From positions 1 through 64,000 of the IMG/VR virus record IMGVR_UViG_3300029908_000007: a stretch of 64,000 nucleotides of DNA; one strand, given 5' to 3'. The notes under the pieces were generated by a model. That model did not search any database, was not told the origin of the DNA, and saw only the letters and a list, made by a program, of their open reading frames with translations. This stretch comes from a virus. Position 1 is the first letter of the stretch. Each line of letters starts with the position of its first letter. Positions 8,387-17,390 of the stretch are shown in pieces. Both the position numbers and the translations under genes were made by a program.

Positions 8387-8863
8387 TTATTCTTCCTTTG
8401 CTTCTAATTTAGGGTTCATGTTTTCTTGAATAGTTTTAATGGCTTCTGCGGCTTTCAATACGGCTTCGTCACGCTTCTTCTTCAATTCTTCTTTGTATAA
8501 ACTTTCGGAACTGATCGCTTTGTCAAGTACTAACGTCAGAATGTTTGTGTCGGGCAGGTTGCCTTCGATCATGCTTTCCGTTGTTTTCCAAAAAGATGGC
8601 GCTTTAATAATACGGAATTTTAATTGACTCAGACTAAAGGCCACAAAGCGCTCCAATTCGCTGGCATTCTGAATATCAGTGCCTAGGAGTTCGCGGTAGA
8701 GCTTACCAGCGGCGAGTTGGTCCAAAGGGTTGAGGAAGCATTTGAAAACGAAGACTCCGGCATAGGTGTGGCCAGTGGAGTCGCCTTCCTCGCGAAGCGC
8801 GAATGTGGAAGTCCCATCGGGGTTAAGAGTGAAAGAAGAATCAGAGGGTTTTTGGTCGGTCAT
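8387..8863 (-). CDS. Putative tail assembly chaperone-like protein
   Basis: YAGVFVFK...LKFRIIKAPSFW pattern reminiscent of myophage tail chaperones; weak. Confidence 0.4.
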   Translation of the reverse strand: MTDQKPSDSSFTLNPDGTSTFALREEGDSTGHTYAGVFVFKCFLNPLDQLAAGKLYRELLGTDIQNASELERFVAFSLSQLKFRIIKAPSFWKTTESMIEGNLPDTNILTLVLDKAISSESLYKEELKKKRDEAVLKAAEAIKTIQENMNPKLEAKEE

Positions 8864-9505
8864 GGTGGGTTTATATCATAAGTCTTATATACAGGATTTG
8901 AGGCTATACAAAAAAATAGTATAGCAGTCCGAGGTCCAAAACGAGTACAAAAATAGTGGTTGTAATCATTGATCTTTTTAGATCGATTTTGGGCTCCTTT
9001 GACCGTGGCGAGGCGATCGGCGTTGAGATAAGGGGGTAGGTAGTGTTTTTGGCGATCGTCGATCCTAGGGCATTTTAGGAATTCGGATTTCCCCGGCTAC
9101 TTTGTTGAAGATAGTCCGGCTGCGCCGGGGCCGTAGAGAAAACTCTTTTTCTATATTTAGTAATTATTTATAGAATAAACAACATAGTTGTATTCTTTTA
9201 TTCTTTAATTAGCAAAATCGGGACATACTCCCTAACAGAAATCCTAAATCCAAATCCCTGATCCATAACATGGTTAGTATTAAATTAAGGATTGCGTGGA
9301 GTATTGAAGAAGTATTGTGTGGAGTATTGCTTTCAATCTTCTCTAAACCCATATATTTGAGATAATCCAATCTTTTTTCTTGACTTTTAAAAATAGAGAT
9401 GGTAGTTTACGATATAAGCAAGTGGATAATATCCCAGCTTATAAATTCGGCTCCCTACCTGAATGGAGGTAGCCATTCATACACCCATAAGGGTAGGGAG
9501 TCTCT
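8864..9505. other. Largest non-coding region: divergent promoters, possible origin
   Basis: About 640 bp without an ORF; GATC cluster, AT-rich core, three RAGTATTG repeats (about 9299-9329); TTGACT-N17-TAGTTT promoter at 9380-9408. Confidence 0.45.
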
Positions 9506-10108
9506 ATGTCTGAAAAAAAACTGTCTAGCTTAAAACCCCTCGTTAAGAAAAATTTCACCGATTACGATACGCTAGTTATTCCATCGCTGTATAAATTATG
9601 CCAAGTAATCCCCGTGAAATATAACGAATCAGATCCTATCTTAAATCAAATCTATAAACTGTGTACGGCAAAAGGAAGAAACAATAAGAACGATATCGTT
9701 AAAAATCAAATAGGGCTTGTCGCTTTGGCCTGTCTTACTCAGGGGATAACTATTTTCATGTGCTCCCGCCGTATCATGGTCGAACTCTTTGATGTTAATC
9801 GAAAGGTGAATTCTTTTATTAAAAGAGGCTCTTTGAATAAGAATGAGGCCGACAGATTTCTAGCTTGGGCTACGGACAACGGATTCTTTGCGAGAGTTGA
9901 GCGCCCAGAAGACGTTCCGGAGATTAAGGGCGGTTTTAATTCTAAATTCTACAAATTAGCACCCCCAGATCTTGTTAATTGTATTGAGAAAGGCCTATTA
10001 GAAGATCTAGTCGAAGATCGTCTAGCAAAATTACATGAGGAGCAGAATGAAGCCGAAGAGAAGGACTCTTTTTCTTCTTGCTACGATGACGTGGGGAATT
10101 TGTTATGA
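9506..10108 (+). CDS. Hypothetical protein, possibly DNA-binding/replication
   Basis: 200 aa ORF with GGGAG RBS next to the large intergenic region. Confidence 0.6.
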   Translation: MSEKKLSSLKPLVKKNFTDYDTLVIPSLYKLCQVIPVKYNESDPILNQIYKLCTAKGRNNKNDIVKNQIGLVALACLTQGITIFMCSRRIMVELFDVNRKVNSFIKRGSLNKNEADRFLAWATDNGFFARVERPEDVPEIKGGFNSKFYKLAPPDLVNCIEKGLLEDLVEDRLAKLHEEQNEAEEKDSFSSCYDDVGNLL

Positions 10109-10452
10109 GATATGTTCGTCCAATTATAAAACAAAAATTACGTTTTGATGTTCTTAGCAGAGACTCTTTTAAATGCCAGTATTGCGGTATTGCGGATAGT
10201 ACGAATTCGCAACTAGTTATAGACCATATTGTTCCCGTATGCGATGGTGGAACAAATCATATTTTAAATCTATCCAGTGCTTGTATTGATTGCAACAGTG
10301 GGAAAGCAGGAAAAAGACTGAGTGTAAAAAATATGCCTGAAAAATTGCGAAAGCAATTAACGGTGGCTTTGGAAGAACGTGAATTTTGGAGAAAAATTAA
10401 CAGCCGTTCAAATTACATTTACGATGAAAGAGATGACTATGACAAAGCCTAA
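10105..10452 (+). CDS. HNH endonuclease
   Basis: RFDVLSRDSFKCQYCG...IDHIVP...GGTN...NL...CIDCN. Confidence 0.92.
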   Translation: MRYVRPIIKQKLRFDVLSRDSFKCQYCGIADSTNSQLVIDHIVPVCDGGTNHILNLSSACIDCNSGKAGKRLSVKNMPEKLRKQLTVALEEREFWRKINSRSNYIYDERDDYDKA

Positions 10453-10615
10453 CCTACGGATTGTTAAAACAAATACCGAACACTTTCAATGTCCTAATTG
10501 CAAGGGCCATGACTTCGTAATTGTTGGTCAATTGGGTAAGGCTTGTTTTAATTGTCACCAATATGTTCCGTCTGAGTTGGTTCGTGATATACAGAGTAAG
10601 AGGGAAAATCTATGA
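10439..10615 (+). CDS. Zinc-ribbon protein
   Basis: CPNC...CFNC. Confidence 0.6.
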   Translation: MTKPNLRIVKTNTEHFQCPNCKGHDFVIVGQLGKACFNCHQYVPSELVRDIQSKRENL

Positions 10616-10866
10616 ATATCAATTTACGTGTTTTGAAAGTTCAGCATTACGGAGAAACTCCAGCAGATGATCTATGGATTACCTTAGCGGGTCCGATCAT
10701 CAAGATGCTTACGGTTAGAGATGGGATGGTTCAGAATCGGCCTATCAAAGAAACCACGATCTTTTTTCACAATGACCCCGAGCCCGTGGAGCTTAATCTC
10801 AACGAAATTGATCTAGCTCAGGTTGAGCACGTAGTGGGAGCGTATGGAATGGCTGAGGAATACTGA
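10612..10866 (+). CDS. Hypothetical protein
   Basis: ATGA overlap, GAGGGG RBS. Confidence 0.7.
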   Translation: MNINLRVLKVQHYGETPADDLWITLAGPIIKMLTVRDGMVQNRPIKETTIFFHNDPEPVELNLNEIDLAQVEHVVGAYGMAEEY

Positions 10867-11232
10867 TTACTTGCCGACCAAGCGCGTCAAAAGTGATATG
10901 AGCTGTGAGTGCTGTTCATTGAGTTGGTCGCGTAGTTCGGATATCTTGGTTCCTAGAACTTTGATTTCTGAGTTATAGACTTCCCTGATGTGTTCGTGTT
11001 CGACAAGATCTGTGGCTTTGTGAGCTTCGAATTCAGTCTCAAGCTTCTGTATCTTGGTCTCTAGGGCTTCCTTGACAGCGTGGGCTTCTTTTTTGGCCTC
11101 GGCTAGGATCTCCAGCCTATGGCGCTCTCTCTTCATCTCTGTGAGGCTTACGACGCGTCTGATGCCACCGTATACAGTGCCTACGGCGGTAAGGGCTCCT
11201 GCTATAATGCCAATCGTGGTGTTTAAGTCCAT
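10867..11232 (-). CDS. Single-TM coiled-coil protein (holin/antiholin-like)
   Basis: N-terminal hydrophobic helix plus coiled coil; adjacent to lysis-like genes; AATCTTTA motif upstream. Confidence 0.55.
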   Translation of the reverse strand: MDLNTTIGIIAGALTAVGTVYGGIRRVVSLTEMKRERHRLEILAEAKKEAHAVKEALETKIQKLETEFEAHKATDLVEHEHIREVYNSEIKVLGTKISELRDQLNEQHSQLISLLTRLVGK

Positions 11233-11295
11233 GCAAAGTCCTCGAAATAAAGATTGTTTTTTGGGTTATGATATAAGAACGGGTAGGAGACGGTT

Positions 11296-11571
11296 ATGAT
11301 GGAACAAATCACACAATATTTAGTTAATTTCCTTAATGTTATTCAGGGATTGCGTAAGACCGCAGTTATGTTTGGTCTGATGGCTATTGCCGTCGTTTTG
11401 AGGATTAAAGGGTATATGGATGGAACCAATGTCAGTGATCTTTTAAAAGGAACCGCAGTTGCCTTCTTTGCTGCCAATGGTTTAGAGCATGTGACGACGA
11501 CCGTCAAAACCTATATCAATTCTAAAGGAAAAATTAAGGACGAGAGTATTGTCAACGTCGAGGAACGCTAA
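11296..11571 (+). CDS. Putative holin
   Basis: Two hydrophobic segments, GLRK before TM1, charged C-terminus. Confidence 0.55.
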   Translation: MMEQITQYLVNFLNVIQGLRKTAVMFGLMAIAVVLRIKGYMDGTNVSDLLKGTAVAFFAANGLEHVTTTVKTYINSKGKIKDESIVNVEER

Positions 11572-11687
11572 TGAATAAATCCAAACTCCTCGTCATCCTG
11601 GCTATCATCCTCTGCCTGCTTTCACAAAGCTATCGGGTTTACCGTTTCTCACAAAAACAACTGACAAGGAGTTCAAATGCTCGTTAA
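11571..11687 (+). CDS. Tiny TM peptide (38 aa)
   Basis: MNKSKLLVILAIILCLLSQSYRVYRFSQ...; TAATG overlap; GAGGA RBS. Confidence 0.5.
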   Translation: MNKSKLLVILAIILCLLSQSYRVYRFSQKQLTRSSNAR

Positions 11688-11991
11688 ATTAAAAGCTATT
11701 GCTGCAACGGTTTGGGCTGATGTTGTTGATACCTACAAACGTTGCAAAATTATTTTACTAGCCGTAGGAGCCTGTATAGTTTATTTAGAATTCAATAAAA
11801 TAAAAGAAGCCCTTTTAGTCTCTGGAGAGAAAAAAGAAATGGCTTCTGATAATAAACAGGATCAGGCCTTAGCCACTAAAGAGAAGACCGAGAATGATGC
11901 CGCCAATGTTCTTGTAGCAGATGCTAATAAGCTAGGCCAGCAATCTACCACCCCTGTGGATCCGGATTGGTACGAAAAGGATAAAAAATGA
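11677..11991 (+). CDS. Putative inner-membrane spanin-like protein
   Basis: One TM followed by a periplasmic coiled coil. Confidence 0.5.
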   Translation: MLVKLKAIAATVWADVVDTYKRCKIILLAVGACIVYLEFNKIKEALLVSGEKKEMASDNKQDQALATKEKTENDAANVLVADANKLGQQSTTPVDPDWYEKDKK

Positions 11992-12380
11992 AAAAACTTA
12001 TTTCTTTTGTTTTAGCCCTGTGTTTGTTTTCCAATATCGCTTTTGCTGATAGCTGTGACTGGAGCACAATTAAAAAATTGCCTGACGGCGGATTTGAGTA
12101 TTCCGCACAACTAAATCTTTGCGTAGGAGCTTTGGTTCAACAAGCGCCGACACAAACACAGCAGCTGTCTGATCTCACACAGGCTTTGAGTCTCAAGAAT
12201 GCCGCATTACTGACTTCGGATCAGCGCACAGAGATGTGGATTAAAAACGCACAGGATTCTCAAGACAGGCTGTCTAAGATCTCAGCGGACCAAAAGACCA
12301 ATGAGTGGTTGTTTTTTGGCCTTGGAGTTGCGACCACGTTCCTCGCTGGTTATATGGCTTCTAGACTATTACATCCTTAA
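11988..12380 (+). CDS. Putative spanin-like protein
   Basis: Signal peptide (AFA-D), coiled coil, C-terminal TM. Confidence 0.5.
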   Translation: MKKLISFVLALCLFSNIAFADSCDWSTIKKLPDGGFEYSAQLNLCVGALVQQAPTQTQQLSDLTQALSLKNAALLTSDQRTEMWIKNAQDSQDRLSKISADQKTNEWLFFGLGVATTFLAGYMASRLLHP

Positions 12381-12919
12381 AGTCTAACGGATTCTACTAA
12401 CTCAAAATATTCAGGATGGGCTATAAAAATACTTTGTAAGTCAGCAGGAGCAATTGCGCCGTCTCCGTACCCACTCAATACGCTTAACAAACCGCACGCT
12501 TTTAGGTAAGCAACACATAGTTGAGAGCAGATAATCCCACTATTTACTGCCCAGTTACTCTGATCCTTAATATCTTTACCAAAAGCTAAACAGATTCTGC
12601 GCCATACAAACCAAGCAAATTCCAGATATCCATACCCGACTTCTAGATCGTTTAGGATAGACACTATGGCTTTATCTTTAATAGACTGATCTATTTTTAT
12701 ATTCCAGACTTGATAGCCTTCTCCTAAGTTGTTCACGTATCCGGTGTCGAATCTAACATAGTCTACACCACCCCCTGCGGCCTCTATACACATTGGAATC
12801 CCTAATACGTCTGGTGTGGTAACAAAACTATGGCTAAACTGAGATTTGGTAATCCACTTTATAGAATTTGGAACAAAACCAGATTTGGTATCTGCTAAGA
12901 CAATGTATCCATGAGACAT
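12377..12919 (-). CDS. Permuted papain-like (YiiX/NlpC-P60) amidase
   Basis: FSHSFV near the N-terminus and ICSQL near the C-terminus (His before Cys). Confidence 0.75.
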   Translation of the reverse strand: MSHGYIVLADTKSGFVPNSIKWITKSQFSHSFVTTPDVLGIPMCIEAAGGGVDYVRFDTGYVNNLGEGYQVWNIKIDQSIKDKAIVSILNDLEVGYGYLEFAWFVWRRICLAFGKDIKDQSNWAVNSGIICSQLCVAYLKACGLLSVLSGYGDGAIAPADLQSIFIAHPEYFELVESVRL

Positions 12920-12920
12920 A

Positions 12921-13718
12921 TTAATTCAACCTCGCCCATTGAAAATTGATTCTAATTCCGCCAGTTGTGACACCGGATGGCCTGCAATACTGTATTTTTA
13001 AATAGAATCCACTTGGACAAAACGCATATCCGGCGATAGATTCTACTTCGGTTTCCCCTACAGCTGAAAGATTGTTGCCCTGAGCCACGGGCCAAAAGTA
13101 CCATCCCGAGTTTTCAGATGGGGTTTCATCGTCATAATAGGTTTTAATTATTGGATAATTAGGAAGAGCCATACCTATTGCTGCTATTACGCCCATCCCT
13201 TGAATAATGGCATCAGCAACTGGAGCAGTAGCAGCGGGATTCATGGCAAGAGCCACCATCATGGCTATATTTCTGTCATCATCCGAAATCCATACTAAGG
13301 CGTAATCGTCTTTGTTGTAGTCTTCGGTCGTTGCGTATCCGCCTTCTATGTATCTACCGTCTGCGCTTCCAAATGTACCGGGAACCCTCATGCTTATAGT
13401 AGCCTGACCCGTAGCAGGATCAACCTCTGCACAAGCTCTGGCCAACTTTAAGTCTTTATTGTTTAATTCAAATTGGGTAGTGACTAATAAGTTTTGCGGA
13501 ACTATTTTATTAATCGCATTCCATGCGTCTGATGGCGAAGAGATGTCATTCACTCCATCATTTAAAACAAAAGTTCCAGAACTAAGAAGGCCAAATGTTT
13601 GATTATCCGCTAACTGATTAAGATTTCCGAGTGCCAGCTGCGTATAAGAGTTTGCTATAAAGTTAATCCCGCTATTTTTATGAAGAATGTTTGAACTAGT
13701 CGTATTTTTCATCTGCAT
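12921..13718 (-). CDS. Hypothetical virion protein
   Basis: In the tail-fibre operon; beta-rich. Confidence 0.6.
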   Translation of the reverse strand: MQMKNTTSSNILHKNSGINFIANSYTQLALGNLNQLADNQTFGLLSSGTFVLNDGVNDISSPSDAWNAINKIVPQNLLVTTQFELNNKDLKLARACAEVDPATGQATISMRVPGTFGSADGRYIEGGYATTEDYNKDDYALVWISDDDRNIAMMVALAMNPAATAPVADAIIQGMGVIAAIGMALPNYPIIKTYYDDETPSENSGWYFWPVAQGNNLSAVGETEVESIAGYAFCPSGFYLKIQYCRPSGVTTGGIRINFQWARLN

Positions 13719-13719
13719 A

Positions 13720-14310
13720 TTAATATCCTAAATGAATTTGAAGTACTGGATTTCCCGGAGAGTCTCCAGATTGTAGATAGGCTGAAATCTCCGCACTTTC
13801 TTCTACTGATATAAAAGGAGAAAAGGTTATATTTGTAGAATAAGATCCAACTGGAATTGAGATAGACGCGCCCTCTATATCCACAAAAGTATTTACGTCG
13901 GTCCTTTCCTGCAACTGAAAGATCATAGGATTGGAAATCACAGTGTTAGTATTGGTAACTGACATCCCGATTATAAAATTTCTTCCCAGCACAGACTGGC
14001 CACTATTGCTACTAGACACAGATCCGCTATTCAAATAAGTGCCAGGGGTCATAGCAGGCGCATTTTTAGAAAAAAGTAAACAAATACTTCCATTTATAGT
14101 ATCCTCTTCAACGCCATCATCTGGGGACTGAAAAGATATTCCATCAAAGGTCCAGCCAACAGCAGGCCTGGGATATAAAAAATCTATCTGTAGGACAAAA
14201 TCGTATGGTTGACCTGTAGTGGGATCATTCAAGAAGAGATTCAAAATAGAGATATCATTGAGCAAAATAGTATTTTTTATTATACCATTTGCTATTTGAG
14301 CGAATACCAT
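13720..14310 (-). CDS. Tail fibre assembly/associated protein
   Basis: MVFAQIANGIIKN...GWTFDG..F.SP pattern. Confidence 0.55.
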   Translation of the reverse strand: MVFAQIANGIIKNTILLNDISILNLFLNDPTTGQPYDFVLQIDFLYPRPAVGWTFDGISFQSPDDGVEEDTINGSICLLFSKNAPAMTPGTYLNSGSVSSSNSGQSVLGRNFIIGMSVTNTNTVISNPMIFQLQERTDVNTFVDIEGASISIPVGSYSTNITFSPFISVEESAEISAYLQSGDSPGNPVLQIHLGY

Positions 14311-14795
14311 TAGAACCTTACCTTTCTCAAGGCGTCATAAAGTTTTTGTGCATCGTCCCACGTAATTTCAAATTTTCCATGAGTGGGTCCCGTTTTAAGC
14401 GCGGTAAAATAGGTCGTAGTTTGCTGTTTGTCAATTAAAAGTTTATGCAACGTATCTAACATTCCGACAGCGGAATATTTCTTACATCCGATTGTTATCA
14501 CACCATTTTCGTAAGAAACAGAATATTTCGATATTTGGAACGGCTTAAATCCATTTTCAGTCCCAGTATGAAGATGGGCAGAAGATAGGTCTACAGGAAT
14601 TCGATGGTCGGTTAAATGGTTGGCTACAAATGTCTTAGTATCGGGATAATAGCTATCTCCAGTTGCAGGTCTTAAGCCCTCACTTACATCGATGGCAAAA
14701 TCGTATTTGCCCCTTATATTTTCTAAGAAATCATCGTTTCCAACTATAACGGCCTCTACTAAGTTATTTTTAATTAAAGCGAAATGTTTTTCCAT
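14310..14795 (-). CDS. Tail fibre assembly chaperone-like protein
   Basis: FALIKNNLVEAVIV...GDSY...F pattern, downstream of the glycine-rich genes. Confidence 0.55.
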   Translation of the reverse strand: MEKHFALIKNNLVEAVIVGNDDFLENIRGKYDFAIDVSEGLRPATGDSYYPDTKTFVANHLTDHRIPVDLSSAHLHTGTENGFKPFQISKYSVSYENGVITIGCKKYSAVGMLDTLHKLLIDKQQTTTYFTALKTGPTHGKFEITWDDAQKLYDALRKVRF

Positions 14796-15656
14796 CTATT
14801 CCACCCATTGGACTATGATTTGTCCAGCACTTCCAGCACTACCATTGCCGCCACTTCCGCCAGTTCCGCTAGAACCGCCTCCGCCACCGCCTGATCCCCC
14901 GATCCCTCCACCGCCAGCACTAGTAGTCGATCCAGCAGTTCCATTGCTACCTGCGGAGCCCGAAGCTCCACCCGCTGCACCACTGGAACCTACAACGGAT
15001 GTTGCATCACCAGCACCACCAGAAGCAGAGCCTCCGCCACCTCCACCACCACTAGTACCGCCTCCAGAACCTCCAAAAGCTCCAGAATTTTCTAAAAAGA
15101 AAGGAGAGGCAGCACCAACATTTGCGGCGCCATCAGCGGCTTTTCCACCTGCCGCACCGGGATTACCAGCTCCGCCAGCACCACTGTTTCCAGGAGTAGT
15201 TGTAAATAGGCCTACACCGGGATTACCAGCAGCCCCACCATTTCCGTTAATCGTATTTCCGGCTCCGCCACCAGTTCCACCGGTAGTCCCTATGAAGTTT
15301 ACTATGGTTCCAAAAGAAGAATTGCCACCATCACCACCGGCAGTGCCTGCGTGACCATCACTAGTTAATGTCGAAACCGCTCCCCCGGTTCCAGCAGTAC
15401 CAGCGGCACCAATAGTTATGGTGTAAGAAGTTCCAGGAACTACCGTTGCAAGATACATCATAGATGGCGCTTGTCCACCTGATCCACCGGCTCCTCCGCC
15501 CCCGCCTCCACCATTGGCGCCATTTCCACCTGCTCCACCCCCGCCTCCGCCACCTCCGCCTGTTCCGCCTCTTCCCCAGAGAGTTATATTCGTAACCCCT
15601 GCAGGTGCAATCCAAGTTCCAGAAGACGTAAATATCTTTTTAACGTATTTTGCCAT
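14796..15656 (-). CDS. Glycine-rich adhesin-like protein, paralog 3
   Basis: FTSSGTWIAPAG start, polyglycine runs, GQIIVQWVE end. Confidence 0.8.
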   Translation of the reverse strand: MAKYVKKIFTSSGTWIAPAGVTNITLWGRGGTGGGGGGGGGAGGNGANGGGGGGGAGGSGGQAPSMMYLATVVPGTSYTITIGAAGTAGTGGAVSTLTSDGHAGTAGGDGGNSSFGTIVNFIGTTGGTGGGAGNTINGNGGAAGNPGVGLFTTTPGNSGAGGAGNPGAAGGKAADGAANVGAASPFFLENSGAFGGSGGGTSGGGGGGGSASGGAGDATSVVGSSGAAGGASGSAGSNGTAGSTTSAGGGGIGGSGGGGGGSSGTGGSGGNGSAGSAGQIIVQWVE

Positions 15657-16520
15657 CTATTCCACCCACTGAACTATGAGGTATCCATCTGTACCTGCTG
15701 CACCTGCACTACCATTCCCACCAGCAGTGCCAGTTGTAGCTAATGCTCCGCCTCCGCCACCTCCGCCGCCTCCAGATCCGCCTGTTCCAGCGGTTGTTGT
15801 TGCAGCGGCTGGTGCATTTCCTCCAGCAGAACCTGCGGCACCACCAGCTCCACCATTTGTACCATTCTGTCCAGCGGCATCTCCAGCTGGAGATGAAGCA
15901 CTAGCTCCACCTCCACCACCATTAGTAGTTCCGCTACCGCCAGCGGCTCCTCCTGTCCCAGGTGTTCCGCTCGAAAACCAAGGAGCGGTAGCTCCAACAG
16001 GAGCCGAACCGTTCTTTCCAACAAGACCTGCTGTTCCACCGTCACCACCAACTACAGCAATTATACCAAAAACACCTGTACCGCTGTTACCACCAATTCC
16101 GGTTGTTGAAATGCCACCAGCAGTTCCAGCCCCTCCACCGCTGCCACCTTGAAAGGACATAAGAGAGCTAAACGATGTATTTCCACCGTTTCCACCGTTT
16201 CCACCAGCAGTTCCCGTTGATCCTGCAGCAGCAGCGGTTCCTCCAGCTCCTGATGCACCAGCTGTTCCGCCCAATCCAATAGTTATGGTATAAGCAGTAC
16301 CAGGAACCACTGTGAGTTCATATGCGAGAGAAGGCACCGAACCACCGCTTTGACCTGAACCTCCACCTCTACCTCCAGCAGTAGTCGAACCACCACCGCC
16401 TCCACTACCACCACTTCCGCCACCAGATCCACCTCTTCCGAAGACTACAACCATGGTAATGCCTGCGGGGCAAGTCCAGGTTCCACTAGTAGTAAAAAGT
16501 TGTCGTACCGATTTTGACAT
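15657..16520 (-). CDS. Glycine-rich adhesin-like protein, paralog 2
   Basis: FTTSGTWTCPAG...GYLIVQWVE. Confidence 0.8.
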   Translation of the reverse strand: MSKSVRQLFTTSGTWTCPAGITMVVVFGRGGSGGGSGGSGGGGGSTTAGGRGGGSGQSGGSVPSLAYELTVVPGTAYTITIGLGGTAGASGAGGTAAAAGSTGTAGGNGGNGGNTSFSSLMSFQGGSGGGAGTAGGISTTGIGGNSGTGVFGIIAVVGGDGGTAGLVGKNGSAPVGATAPWFSSGTPGTGGAAGGSGTTNGGGGGASASSPAGDAAGQNGTNGGAGGAAGSAGGNAPAAATTTAGTGGSGGGGGGGGGALATTGTAGGNGSAGAAGTDGYLIVQWVE

Positions 16521-17389
16521 TATTCAATCCACACAATGACTATTTGCCCATTACTTCCTGTTGCACCAGTTGCACCAGCTCCGCCAGCAGATCCGGTTGT
16601 AACAGTGGCTGCTCCGCCTCCGCCACCTCCGCCGCCACTTCCACCGGCTCCCGCAGAAGAACTTGGAGGACTAGGAGCGGCACCACCAGCTCCACCGCTT
16701 GTACCTGTTGTTCCACCGATTCCGCCAGCTCCACCATTTGAACCCGTAGCATTGGCAGCAACAGGAGCAGCACTTCCGCCGCCGCCGCCGCCACCATGAG
16801 GAGGTGTACCAGCTGCGCCTCCAGATCCACCGGTTCCATTAGAAAAAAATGGAGAAATTGCTCCAACAGGAACAGCACCAGTAGTACCAGCGCTCCCTGC
16901 TGTTCCACCATTACCACTTGTTGGACCTTCATCATTAAACACTCCAAAGCCAGCCGTACCCCCAGTGCCTGTAGTGGTTAATGACGCCGCACCTCCAGCT
17001 GCGCCTCCAGAACCTGGTTGAAAAGCAAGAAGACTACCAAATGTAGAAGAAGTTCCTACAGATCCAGCTGTACCTGCTGAACCCGCTGCTCCACCTGCTG
17101 CAGCAGTTGCTCCAGCACCGCCAGCACCACCTGCTCCACCAGAACCAATAGTTATAGTGTATGTGGTTCCAGGAACAACAGTGATTTGATATGGTAATGA
17201 TGGAACCGATCCACCAACACCACCGGCCCCTCCGCCTCTAGCTCCCAAAGCAGTGCTTCCGCCTCCGCCTCCGCCACCTCCGCCGCCACCGCCAGCACCA
17301 CCCCTACCCCATACAACAACTGTGGTAATGCCCGCAGGGCAAGTCCAAGTTCCAGAAGAAGTAAATGTTACCTTAGTGTATTTGGACAT
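16520..17389 (-). CDS. Glycine-rich adhesin-like protein, paralog 1
   Basis: FTSSGTWTCPAG...GQIVIVWIE. Confidence 0.8.
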   Translation of the reverse strand: MSKYTKVTFTSSGTWTCPAGITTVVVWGRGGAGGGGGGGGGGGGSTALGARGGGAGGVGGSVPSLPYQITVVPGTTYTITIGSGGAGGAGGAGATAAAGGAAGSAGTAGSVGTSSTFGSLLAFQPGSGGAAGGAASLTTTGTGGTAGFGVFNDEGPTSGNGGTAGSAGTTGAVPVGAISPFFSNGTGGSGGAAGTPPHGGGGGGGSAAPVAANATGSNGGAGGIGGTTGTSGGAGGAAPSPPSSSAGAGGSGGGGGGGGAATVTTGSAGGAGATGATGSNGQIVIVWIE

Positions 17390-17390
17390 A

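Noticed and set aside
6439-8863. Programmed frameshift in tail assembly chaperone genes
   Set aside because: No clear slippery site or overlapping frame at the end of 8387..8863; the next gene has its own RBS and start
9258-9286. dif-like site (CATAA...TTAAAT)
   Set aside because: The right arm has several mismatches and the left arm is poor; likely chance in AT-rich DNA
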